Counted from the first letter of the stretch, positions 17,886 through 25,863 are shown. The stretch is 61,982 nt of DNA from Thermoplasmata archaeon (GCA_028864975.1 JAGWLG010000019.1:1-61982); one strand, 5' to 3'. The notes: a model not told the origin generated them from the letters alone. Numbers and translations: made by a program.

Positions 17886-18560
17886 CTACTTCCGACGGAT
17901 CGGCCGGGTCCCCGACGACGACCGGGCCACCTTCTCCATGCTCTTGGCCAGCCGGAGCAGCGCCGCGGTCTGCTGGACGGTGGCCCTCGTCTGGGCGCGC
18001 GGGTCCTTCTCGATGAGCCCGAGCCTCTTCCCGATCATGCCGTAGGCCACGCTCATCTCGTCGAAGCGATGGATGGTGTCCCGGTGCAGGAGGAGGGTGG
18101 CCTGGTTGCCCTTCTCGACACTGGCCCCGACCTTCTCGACTTTTGCTCCTAGGGACTCGAACCCCCGCTTCGTCTCGCTGGAGAGATGCTTCGTCTCCTG
18201 CGTGAGCACGTCCAGCGCTACTCCCGCGTACTCCATCCGCTCCAGCGTCTCGAGGTGGACCTCCCCGCGCTTCACTCGGAAGTCCGCGAGCTTCTCCTCC
18301 GCCGGGAGCTCGTCTCCCTCCCGGGTCACCGCCGTCGGGACGCTGCGGCCCTCGGGCTTCGTGATGGCCTGCCGGAACTCCTCGAGCGTGTCCGCGGGCC
18401 CCTGGACTTCGATAAGGACCCGGTCCTCGTTCGTCTCGTCATTCAGAACGCGTCCCGACAGCCCACGCAGGTCGGCCTCCCGCTTCACTCGCTGCCGATA
18501 GCCCACCAACTGGACGGTGCCGGTGGCCACCAGCTTCCAGCGCACCACGGGCTCGCTCAT
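17886..18560 (-). CDS. Acylphosphatase-domain protein with C-terminal coiled coil
   Basis: GTVQLVGYR and G.V.N resemble the AcyP motifs; helical C-terminal half; SD-like AAGGAGG upstream. Confidence 0.75.
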   Translation of the reverse strand: MSEPVVRWKLVATGTVQLVGYRQRVKREADLRGLSGRVLNDETNEDRVLIEVQGPADTLEEFRQAITKPEGRSVPTAVTREGDELPAEEKLADFRVKRGEVHLETLERMEYAGVALDVLTQETKHLSSETKRGFESLGAKVEKVGASVEKGNQATLLLHRDTIHRFDEMSVAYGMIGKRLGLIEKDPRAQTRATVQQTAALLRLAKSMEKVARSSSGTRPIRRK

Positions 18561-18650
18561 GCTCCCTCCTTCGACCGCGGACCGAGGTTATAACCGTTCA
18601 TCCCCAGCGCGGCACCGCTAGATGCCATCGGTGAGACCCGATCGCCCCGG

Positions 18651-18687
18651 ATGAAGTTCACGGGGAGGCGAGGGACCTCGACGGTGC
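18651..18687. repeat. Conserved motif, copy 6 (no integrase behind it)
   Basis: ATGAAG-N20-CTCGACGGTGC. Confidence 0.8.
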
Positions 18688-18804
18688 CCCCCCTGTCCCG
18701 GGACTGGATCGGACCCAGAGCGGCCAGGGAGGAGGACCGGTGACGAGGGCCCGAGGGAGGCCCACAACTTCAGGAGGGTGGGGCAGCCTGCGCGGCGTGT
18801 TCGG

Positions 18805-19236
18805 CTACCGAACTCCCGCAGCTCCCGCCAGATGCGGCAGTCCGTTGAGCCCCGCCTGCGCGAAGTTCCGGTCCAGGGTCAGGGCATCCGAGATGCCCAG
18901 GTCGCGCATCACGAGAAAGCTGGTGCAGTCCGTCAGGCTCCACCGACGGTCCTGGTGCGCGAGCATGAGATCGAGGGCGCGCTCGAAGTGGTCGTCCGAG
19001 ACCTTCACCACCTCGTAGTTCCGGGAGGTGCGGAGCTGCTCCCGGAGACGATGGACCGCGTCAAGCCCCACCTTCATTCGGAGCAGGGTGTACGTCTCGT
19101 CCAGCACGTAGTCGGTGGTCAGGACCCGTCCGAACTCGCCGGCCAGGATCCTTCGGGAGAACCGGAGAAGCTCGCGATGCCATTGCTCCCGCGGGTCGGC
19201 CAGTGCGACCCACGCGCTGGTGTCGCAGAAGATCAA
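18805..19236 (-). CDS. vapC: VapC-family PIN-domain toxin
   Basis: DTSAW, DYVLDET, SLTDC, TLDRNF acidic tetrad; overlaps the antitoxin stop. Confidence 0.9.
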   Translation of the reverse strand: MIFCDTSAWVALADPREQWHRELLRFSRRILAGEFGRVLTTDYVLDETYTLLRMKVGLDAVHRLREQLRTSRNYEVVKVSDDHFERALDLMLAHQDRRWSLTDCTSFLVMRDLGISDALTLDRNFAQAGLNGLPHLAGAAGVR

Positions 19237-19475
19237 GTCGCCCCCCCATAGAGGAGATCGTCGTGGTGCTGCGCATGATTGGTCGCCGCGCCCCTCCGCC
19301 GCTCGACGAGAGGGAACGCGAGGAACGCGGGGTCACCGGGAGCTACACGGTCGTGGAGCAGACGCTCCCTTAGCGCGACGCGGACCCACTCCTGGATCGT
19401 CTTCCCTTCCGCTCGGGCCTTGCGTCGGAGAAGCTCGTACTCGGCCTCGGGAAGACGGGCTTGGAGCAGCTTCAT
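19233..19475 (-). CDS. CopG/RHH-type antitoxin (VapB-like)
   Basis: MKLLQARLPEAEYELLRRKARAEGKTIQEWVRVAL...HDDLLYG, directly upstream of VapC. Confidence 0.82.
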   Translation of the reverse strand: MKLLQARLPEAEYELLRRKARAEGKTIQEWVRVALRERLLHDRVAPGDPAFLAFPLVERRRGAATNHAQHHDDLLYGGAT

Positions 19476-19509
19476 ACAACATACAAAATGAAGTCGCGTA
19501 TATGAGCCC

Positions 19510-19673
19510 CTCCCGTCCCCCCTCAGCGAGATCCGGACCCGGTGGACCTCCCGCCCGTACCGTCGGAGGGTCGTCGGGACGCACGCCTTCCTCTGCTTGG
19601 ACTCGAGCCATCGTTGGAGCAGGGAGAGCTCCGGGGGCAGCGCTGGGACCGAGGGTGGGGGTGGGTCGGACAC
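19510..19673 (-). pseudogene. Integrase N-terminal remnant (copy-4-like), in frame with the antitoxin
   Basis: SDPPPPSVPALPPELSLLQRWLESKQRKACVPTTLRRYGREVHRV within ORF 19233..19688. Confidence 0.85.
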
Positions 19674-19699
19674 GCCCACCGAGCGCACGCGTGGGGGGT

Positions 19700-19735
19700 A
19701 TCAAGCTCGACGCGATGCGAGGTTCTCGACGGTGC
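19700..19735. repeat. Conserved motif, copy 7
   Basis: ATCAAG-N19-CTCGACGGTGC, 26 nt from the remnant GTG start. Confidence 0.85.
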
Positions 19736-19778
19736 ATCGTGGGCGGCCTCCTCCCCCCCTCCTCGGCGGTCCTGCGGG

Positions 19779-21161
19779 TCACCCCGGAAGCAGGTCCGCC
19801 AGCGAGAACGCCGCGCCCCCCTCTCGTTCCAGGAAGTCGCGAATTCGGGGAGAGGGTTCGCCACGGACCACGACGAAAGGCCGGACCCGTCGACGCCCCC
19901 GCTCTTCGATGAGACCTCCTTTCCACACCAACCGACGCACATCGTCCTCCGTGACCCCGCGGGGCGACCATTTCACCTCTCCGACCAGGAGTTCCTCTTC
20001 CCCGACGGCGACCACGTCGATCTCCTCGCCCGTGCGGCTCCACCAGGACCCGATGTCGTGGAAGTCGAGCTTGAACGGTCCCAGCGTGCTCCCCCGCTTC
20101 TCGAGGAGGAGCTCCCGGACGACGGTCTCGAACACCCGGCCCACATGGCCTTCCAGGTCCTTCGCGAGGCTCGCCCAGGCCCCGTCGATGTCGCCAAGCT
20201 CCAGGCGGCGTTCCTGGGGCACGATCAACCGATAGTGGAATCCCAGCGATGGGTCCGCGAACTCGTACCGGGCGCGTCGTGCCCGCCCCGCGATCGGACC
20301 GACCCGCCGGATCATGTCCAGGTCCTCCTCAAGGACCCGAAGAGAGCGGGAGAGCGTGCCCTGACGGACGCCGAGCGCATGCTCGAGGTCCGGGAGCGAG
20401 CGAGCCCCCCTTCCGATCGCCTGGAGGACGGAGGCGTAGCGCTCGGGAGCGCTCACCCCCTCTCGAAGAAGGGTACGCGGCTCGTCCCGAAGACGAGCGC
20501 TGTCCGAAAGGTACGCCGCGGTGACCGCCTCTTGGAGGCTCGGCCGCTCCCGCGTCAGCCGGTGGTTGAAGGGACTCCGCCCGAAGACCGCGAACCGGGC
20601 GACCCGGTCCTGCTCCGGAAGGCCGGGATAGAACTGTCGCACCGCGGGGTACGTCAACCCGCGGACCCGAAGGTCCGCCGTCAATCGACCGAAGAGCGGC
20701 CCGGTGCGACCTCCCACCAGTTGCCGCATCATTCGAATGCTGCTCCCGCATAGGACGAGGTGGGTTCCAAGGCGCCCGTGCTTGGCATCCCAGCGATGCT
20801 GGAGGCGGGTACCGACGGAGTGGTCCCCAGCCCATAGGAACGGGAACTCGTCCAGGACGGTCACCTCGGGGGAGAGCCGCTCGATCTCGTCGAGGAGGTC
20901 GTCCCAGCTACGGAGGACCGGCGCGCCCCGACCGGTGAACTGGGCGATCTGGGCGGCCAGCAGTTCCCGCTGGACGGGGGGCTCGCCCTCGTCCGCCACA
21001 AGGTAGAGGCCGTCCCGTCCCCGCAACGTCTCTCGCAGGAGGGCGGTCTTTCCGACCCGACGGCGTCCATAGACCCGCACCAACTGGGGCTCCCGGGAGC
21101 CCAGCACTCGGCGGAGTTCGCCGAGCTCACGTTCCCGGTCGACGAATGGAAATTCTTTCAT
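19779..21161 (-). CDS. ATPase-wHTH-PD-(D/E)XK (DUF234-like) protein, copy D
   Basis: FVDREREL, GRRRVGKT, LDEFP, LCGSS, SWWSRTGEEIDVV..GEVKW. Start at ATG 21161. Confidence 0.9.
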   Translation of the reverse strand: MKEFPFVDRERELGELRRVLGSREPQLVRVYGRRRVGKTALLRETLRGRDGLYLVADEGEPPVQRELLAAQIAQFTGRGAPVLRSWDDLLDEIERLSPEVTVLDEFPFLWAGDHSVGTRLQHRWDAKHGRLGTHLVLCGSSIRMMRQLVGGRTGPLFGRLTADLRVRGLTYPAVRQFYPGLPEQDRVARFAVFGRSPFNHRLTRERPSLQEAVTAAYLSDSARLRDEPRTLLREGVSAPERYASVLQAIGRGARSLPDLEHALGVRQGTLSRSLRVLEEDLDMIRRVGPIAGRARRARYEFADPSLGFHYRLIVPQERRLELGDIDGAWASLAKDLEGHVGRVFETVVRELLLEKRGSTLGPFKLDFHDIGSWWSRTGEEIDVVAVGEEELLVGEVKWSPRGVTEDDVRRLVWKGGLIEERGRRRVRPFVVVRGEPSPRIRDFLEREGGAAFSLADLLPG

Positions 21162-21284
21162 GACCCTAACTAAATGTTCTCGTGCATTTAAATTCGACCG
21201 AGCCCGTGGACCATCGGGCGCTGAGGGCCCCACGGCATGCGGAGGTCCGCGACACGACCCCGTCGGCCCGTCAGCACCGAGGCC

Positions 21285-21470
21285 TCACGAAGTCCTTGAG
21301 GGCGGGAAGGGCCACGCGAACGCCGGAGCGCATGGGTCCAACGCCTTGCGTCGGCGACGCGGGTTCGATTCGAGGTACTTCACGTCGTGGCCAGGTTCTC
21401 GTGGCGGAGGAACTCCTGGGCCGTTCAATGGACGCCCTTGCGGGAGAGCTGGAGCTCTCGAGGAGGGCGT
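21285..21470 (-). pseudogene. Degraded integrase C-terminal remnant
   Basis: DALLESSSSP, then after a frameshift KYLESNPRRRRKALDP..AFAWP; DNA gaggaactcc/ccaggttctcgtggcgg matches the other copies. Confidence 0.75.
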
Positions 21471-21871
21471 CGCGGGCGCAGGCGGGGACCGGCCGTACGC
21501 GTCCATCGAGGGCACACCGCCGGGACACCAAGATCATCCCGGCGCGAAGCATCCCTGGGTGCTCCTGCCCGACGGGAGCAGGAAGGCTCGGCGGGACACC
21601 GCCGAACTTGGAGGTCTACGGTTCGAACTCGACACCCTGGCCAAGGATGTGGTGATCCCCCTCTACCCCGCGGACAGCGCCGCGAGGGCACGGGAGGAGC
21701 GGACGGTCAGGGAGCCCAAGGGAACGGCCGGGCGAGGGACATCCTGAGCCACGGCCCGAATCTGGGACAGAACCGTCCCCCTCAAAGTTAATGTTTACCC
21801 CCCCTCCTTCTCGACATAGGCATGCAAAGGCTGGTGGTCCGGGGAGCCCCGGTTGCCTGGTGGCCTAGAAC

Positions 21872-22813
21872 ATGACGCGAGCGCACCGCCGACAGACGAC
21901 CACCCGCCACGCAGTTCGAGCGCTAGAGGTCCTGCCGCACGTGTTGAAAGTGGCGGTGGATGAACTCTCTCGCTCAGCCGAAGGGCGGGCCGGGGGTCTC
22001 AAGTTCAACAAGCTGGTCTTCGCCTTGTCCAAAAAGCTGAACGCTGCCCAGAACCAAGAGTACCACTTCTCTCTCCCCTACCGGTGGTACCTGCACGGCG
22101 CAGTCGTGGACTCGAGGGCAGTCTCGCCTTGGGTCAAGTTTCAGCGGGACGACGACGAAACGAAGATGGACGCTGAGTGGTCGGGAGCGGTCCTCCGTGC
22201 AACAGCACCGGACGGACTGGAGGAGGAGGCCCGCTCCATCTCCCGGGAGTTCATATCCAAGTACGAGGGCTCCGAAGGCATCGACCGAATGCTGCAGGAT
22301 CACTACCAAGACGCCCCATTGCCCTTCCAGCGCGCGTTCCTCTCCTGGACGCAGTTGGTGGACGGCATCCTCTACGGTAGGGTCGACGACTCGCCCCGAG
22401 AGACCTGGGCAGCCTTCGAACGATTGGCGAAGGAGTTCAGGGCCGAGCCCGACGCCAGGCTTGACCCGCTCTTCCATACCCTGATTTTGTACCTCGAGCC
22501 ACTGGTAAAGGAGCGGAAGCTGGGCGACCGCTGGACCTTGGAGCGGGCGCAATCCGCGCTCTGGGAGTTCTGGTCGGTCTACTGTCTCTTCCTCTCGGTC
22601 CGCGAGAACAAGGGACTTTCCCGGGAACGCATTTCCTACTACCGAGTCCGAGCCGAGGAGGAGCTCCCGGCGTATCAACGCCGCCTCGCAGCTTACACGG
22701 AAACCGGCTATCTTCGCGAGGCTCGCGCTGCGTTCCAGCAGGGTGAGGGTTTGCGCGAGGTAGCCGCCTACCTGTCACGCGAAGCTCACGCCGCCCTGGA
22801 TGGGGATGCCTAG
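21872..22813 (+). CDS. Panacea/SocA (DUF4065)-like antitoxin-type protein
   Basis: KFNKLVF...PYRWYLHGAVV resembles the Panacea KLxKLxY...WxxGPV pattern; long helical extension. Confidence 0.5.
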   Translation: MTRAHRRQTTTRHAVRALEVLPHVLKVAVDELSRSAEGRAGGLKFNKLVFALSKKLNAAQNQEYHFSLPYRWYLHGAVVDSRAVSPWVKFQRDDDETKMDAEWSGAVLRATAPDGLEEEARSISREFISKYEGSEGIDRMLQDHYQDAPLPFQRAFLSWTQLVDGILYGRVDDSPRETWAAFERLAKEFRAEPDARLDPLFHTLILYLEPLVKERKLGDRWTLERAQSALWEFWSVYCLFLSVRENKGLSRERISYYRVRAEEELPAYQRRLAAYTETGYLREARAAFQQGEGLREVAAYLSREAHAALDGDA

Positions 22814-22815
22814 CT

Positions 22816-23502
22816 GTGCCCTTTGCCCTCGACACGCACGTCGTGTGCACAGCGCTCATTGACGGGGGCGACCTATTCTGGAACGAGTGGGTTGCCTTCG
22901 ACGAGGCCGAGACTGCTCCCAGGTTCGTGCCCCGCGCAGCTTACGACGAGCTCCAACGAGTCGTCGAAGGGCTCGGGCAGTCAACCTCTGGGCGCCTACG
23001 TGAGATCCTGACCGACACAGCACGAGCGATCTGGAGGAGCGACCCTGCTCGCCCGGACTCGGCGATGGTGAGCCGGCTCGGGCCGACGCACAACAGGGCT
23101 GGTCGTGTCGAGAGGATGCTCTCCTTTCTGGATCAAGCTCTCGGAGAGAACTGGGACTCCGGGCGAGCGCGTTCACTGTTGCGACAGATGGAGCTGGACT
23201 ATACCGTGAGGAAGAAGTCCTTCTTCGACAAGCACGAGGTGTTCGAACCGGTCGACCCGGTCCAGGTGGAGAAGATCGCAGCCTCCCTCGCCACGGTGGT
23301 GCCCTCCAGCAGCCCCAACGGTTCTTGGGCCGAGGACTGCCTCATCATCTCACAATCCGCGGCCTATGGCATCGAGCGAGGATGTGGAGTCGAACTCGTC
23401 ACTCAGGATGACCGTCACATCCACGCGAACGCCGTCGAGATCCTGAAGCGTTCGGGGCTTGATTCAATCCGAGACCTCAGCGGGAAGAAGCGGACCCCAT
23501 AG
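22816..23502 (+). CDS. Divergent PIN-fold protein
   Basis: ALDTHVV, YDELQ, EDCLII, LVTQDD fit the PIN acidic tetrad; starts 2 nt after the previous stop. Confidence 0.55.
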   Translation: MPFALDTHVVCTALIDGGDLFWNEWVAFDEAETAPRFVPRAAYDELQRVVEGLGQSTSGRLREILTDTARAIWRSDPARPDSAMVSRLGPTHNRAGRVERMLSFLDQALGENWDSGRARSLLRQMELDYTVRKKSFFDKHEVFEPVDPVQVEKIAASLATVVPSSSPNGSWAEDCLIISQSAAYGIERGCGVELVTQDDRHIHANAVEILKRSGLDSIRDLSGKKRTP

Positions 23503-23683
23503 AGAGTACCACCCCGGACCGGACCGCGTCAAGGTCGCGAAGTTCGACCGGGTTCACCGATTTCCCTGTCTGGTGGGATGCCTACCTTTCGTCCCCAGGG
23601 CGGAGCTTAAGGTAGACCTCGCGGGAACCGTGACGTGTACCTCTCCGGAATGCACACCTAGGGAGAGGGGGGATGCGGGACCG

Positions 23684-23878
23684 ATGGTCCCAACGGGGGG
23701 GGCCATCCCGATGCAAGGGTGCGTCAGCCTCCGCCCCCTCAAGGCCGTCGCCGAGACCTTCGGAGCCGCCCACCCGCTCCGGACCCTCCTGATGGGCGAG
23801 CCCGACGAGATCCCCGCCATGGAGTACGCGGCGAAGGTGGCGGGCTGGTTCCGTCTGATGCGGACCCACCGTCCATGA
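23684..23878 (+). CDS. Small hypothetical protein
   Basis: 3' part of ORF 23459..23878; ATG 23684 follows a G-rich SD-like tract; HPLRTLLMGEPDEIPAMEYAAKVAGW looks protein-like. Confidence 0.45.
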   Translation: MVPTGGAIPMQGCVSLRPLKAVAETFGAAHPLRTLLMGEPDEIPAMEYAAKVAGWFRLMRTHRP

Positions 23879-24057
23879 CAACCGAGAACTCGTGGGGCCT
23901 TCTGGGACTCGGGCCGAGGGGGACAGATTTGCCAGCGCTTGAAAACGGAGGCTTAATCCCATCGTCTGACCTATTTCCGTTGCATAGAACGCAATTCTAA
24001 GCGCTGTTTTCTCTGTTTTCTCAGCGGATTTGGGGTGAATTTGAACGTGAAGGGGAA

Positions 24058-24132
24058 TGGGGCCGTCCGAATTTGAATCGGAGTCTCTTGCACCCCAAGC
24101 AAGAAGGATGGTCCAAGCTACCCCACGGCCCC
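24058..24132 (-). tRNA. tRNA-Pro (anticodon GGG)
   Basis: GGGGCCG acceptor stem, anticodon arm CTTGC-TTGGGGT-GCAAG, T-loop TTCAAAT; CCA not encoded. Confidence 0.95.
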
Positions 24133-24346
24133 ATCGGGGTGCGGCAGGCACCTCGGGGACGTTCTTAATGGTAATCCCTCCGAGGGTCTTCGGTCGCGAG
24201 CGATACCGCTCGGAGCAGGTACTGTTCGACCGAACGGTAGGTCGAGGACGGCCGGTAGGCGGGAGGGGCCAGCGCTCCCTTGCCTGTTCTGTCGGGCCCG
24301 CACGGCGACCGAAGTCGGGGGGGGGACTGGCCCGCTCCTTCGATCG

Positions 24347-25666
24347 TCATGGTCTGTGGAGGGGCAGAGGGGCGCTTCCGAGCGAGGGGGTCCCTGGGGG
24401 AGGGGCGAAGAAGAATATGTGGCCCGGGACCACGTGGATCGTGCCCTCCGCGACCTTCCGGTCCCCTTCCTCGGTCAACGAGACGACCCATCCCTCCCGA
24501 ACTCCGAAGCGACGCATGAAGGACTGCAGGCCACCGGTCTCGACCCGCCCGGACTTGACCTCCACGGGGGCCACGGGAGGTCCAGCGAGCACGACGTCGA
24601 CCTCGTGCTGGGCCGGGTCGCGCCAGAAGAACTGGGCCCGGAGGGCGTTCGCCGTGTAGCTCTCTAGGACCTTGGCTCGCGCCTCCGGGTCGGAACGGAA
24701 GACCAGGTCCACCGAGGGCACGGTGGGGTAGTAGCGCTTGAGCTTGCGCTCGGAACGTCTTCGGTTCTTGGAGAAGTTGTAGAGCTTCCGGATCAGGAAC
24801 GTTGCTTCCAAGTACCAAAGGTAGTTCGCCAGCGTGGGTCGGGAGACGCCGATATCTCGGCTCAGGCTCGTGAGCTCGAGGACCTGCCCTGGCTCCTCCC
24901 AGACGAGATTCACCAGCGTCTGGAGCACATCCAGATCGACCGAACCCACGATCTGCTGCAGGTCCCGGTAGAGCGCCCGATCTCTCACCCATTCCTCGAC
25001 GACGCTCCGGACGACAGTCTTCCCCGGTTCCTCTGGTAGGGCCAGCTCTGGGAACCCGAGGGATCGAAGGTAGGAGGGCCACCGCCGCTCCACGTCCCGC
25101 TGGTGGATCGCAAGGGGTTCGTAACGCACCCCGAGGAAGTCCAGGTATTCGCGATAAGAGAGCGGGTCGACCCGGAGCTCGACGAGCCGGCCGGCCAGAG
25201 ATTCCCGCATGCCCTTTCGCAGCCAAAGCGACTCCGAGCCCGAGGCGAGGAACTGCACCTTCCCATTCTGGGTACGATACCGATCGTAGAGCGCCTTGAG
25301 CTGGTCCTCCCAGCCTTCGGCCTTCTGAACCTCATCGAAAATGATGATGAACTTCCCGTCCAAGAGGTGGGTTCCTTTGAGCTTCTCGTACTCTCGCAGC
25401 ACCTCCCCGAGTTCCGCATGGCGATGACGGTCGAACGAGAAGTAGACCACACGGGACGGGTCGAGGCCAGCCTCGATCGCGTCCTTGGCCACCTTGAGGA
25501 GGAGCGTGGTCTTCCCGACCCGCCGCAGCCCGGTGAGAGCTACGGCCCAGCGCATCTTCAGGGCGGAGAGGATCTCCGGGTAGAGCTGCCGGGGTCGATA
25601 GTCGAGTTGGAACGCTCCATGCCACCAGGGGTTGAGGTCCTCGAGCGTGCTCGCAATCGATGGCAT
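24347..25666 (-). CDS. AAA_14/DUF4143 (COG1373-type) ATPase with C-terminal PD-(D/E)XK domain
   Basis: NPWW, GLRRVGKT, FDEVQ, ASGSES, GFPE, EVDVV..VEVKSG. Confidence 0.88.
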   Translation of the reverse strand: MPSIASTLEDLNPWWHGAFQLDYRPRQLYPEILSALKMRWAVALTGLRRVGKTTLLLKVAKDAIEAGLDPSRVVYFSFDRHRHAELGEVLREYEKLKGTHLLDGKFIIIFDEVQKAEGWEDQLKALYDRYRTQNGKVQFLASGSESLWLRKGMRESLAGRLVELRVDPLSYREYLDFLGVRYEPLAIHQRDVERRWPSYLRSLGFPELALPEEPGKTVVRSVVEEWVRDRALYRDLQQIVGSVDLDVLQTLVNLVWEEPGQVLELTSLSRDIGVSRPTLANYLWYLEATFLIRKLYNFSKNRRRSERKLKRYYPTVPSVDLVFRSDPEARAKVLESYTANALRAQFFWRDPAQHEVDVVLAGPPVAPVEVKSGRVETGGLQSFMRRFGVREGWVVSLTEEGDRKVAEGTIHVVPGHIFFFAPPPGTPSLGSAPLPLHRP

Positions 25667-25718
25667 GCGCAGTTAATGCTAAATGCATTCTACGATAAAT
25701 ACACTTCGCGTTAACTAA

Positions 25719-25791
25719 AGCCAAGGGAGGGAATCGAACCCCCAAGAAACGGATCTGCAGTCCGTCGCATTAACCATTCTGCCACCTTGGC
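25719..25791 (-). tRNA. tRNA-Cys (anticodon GCA)
   Basis: GCCAAGG acceptor stem, ACGGA-CTGCAGA-TCCGT anticodon arm, GGTTCGATTCC T-arm. Confidence 0.95.
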
Positions 25792-25863
25792 GCAGGCCCG
25801 GCGGAGGGAGGTTCCCCCTTAAAGGTGGGAGGGCCGCGCGATCTCGGCGGCCCCCCCTCGTCG

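Larger units (their letters stand above)
4490..24057. mobile_element. tRNA-Pro-linked genomic island: tandem array of integrase-cargo units
   Basis: Ten integrase copies or remnants, seven copies of a conserved upstream motif, defence/TA cargo, AT-rich ends (about 4490-4620 and 23930-24057), adjacent to the 3' end of tRNA-Pro. The left boundary is approximate. Confidence 0.8.

Noticed and set aside
18563-18628. 23-codon ORF between motif copy 6 and the acylphosphatase gene
   Set aside because: Its spacing from the motif (22 nt) differs from the integrase starts, it has no integrase similarity, and it overlaps the cargo TATA box.
8908-21470. SSV1/pNOB8-style programmed split of the integrase into int(N) and int(C)
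   Set aside because: Fragment breakpoints differ between copies, contain frameshifts and do not carry tRNA-derived att sequence; random decay fits better.
21160-21747. Plus-strand ORF ending AKHPWVLLPDG...LAKDVVIPLYP
   Set aside because: The 5' half is antisense to an integrase remnant and there is no clear start; it may be a gene relic but cannot be supported.
4490-24057. Canonical integron (IntI plus attC cassette array)
   Set aside because: There are multiple integrases, the cargo genes carry their own promoters, and GTTRRRY occurs at only two junctions with no full-length attC hairpins visible.
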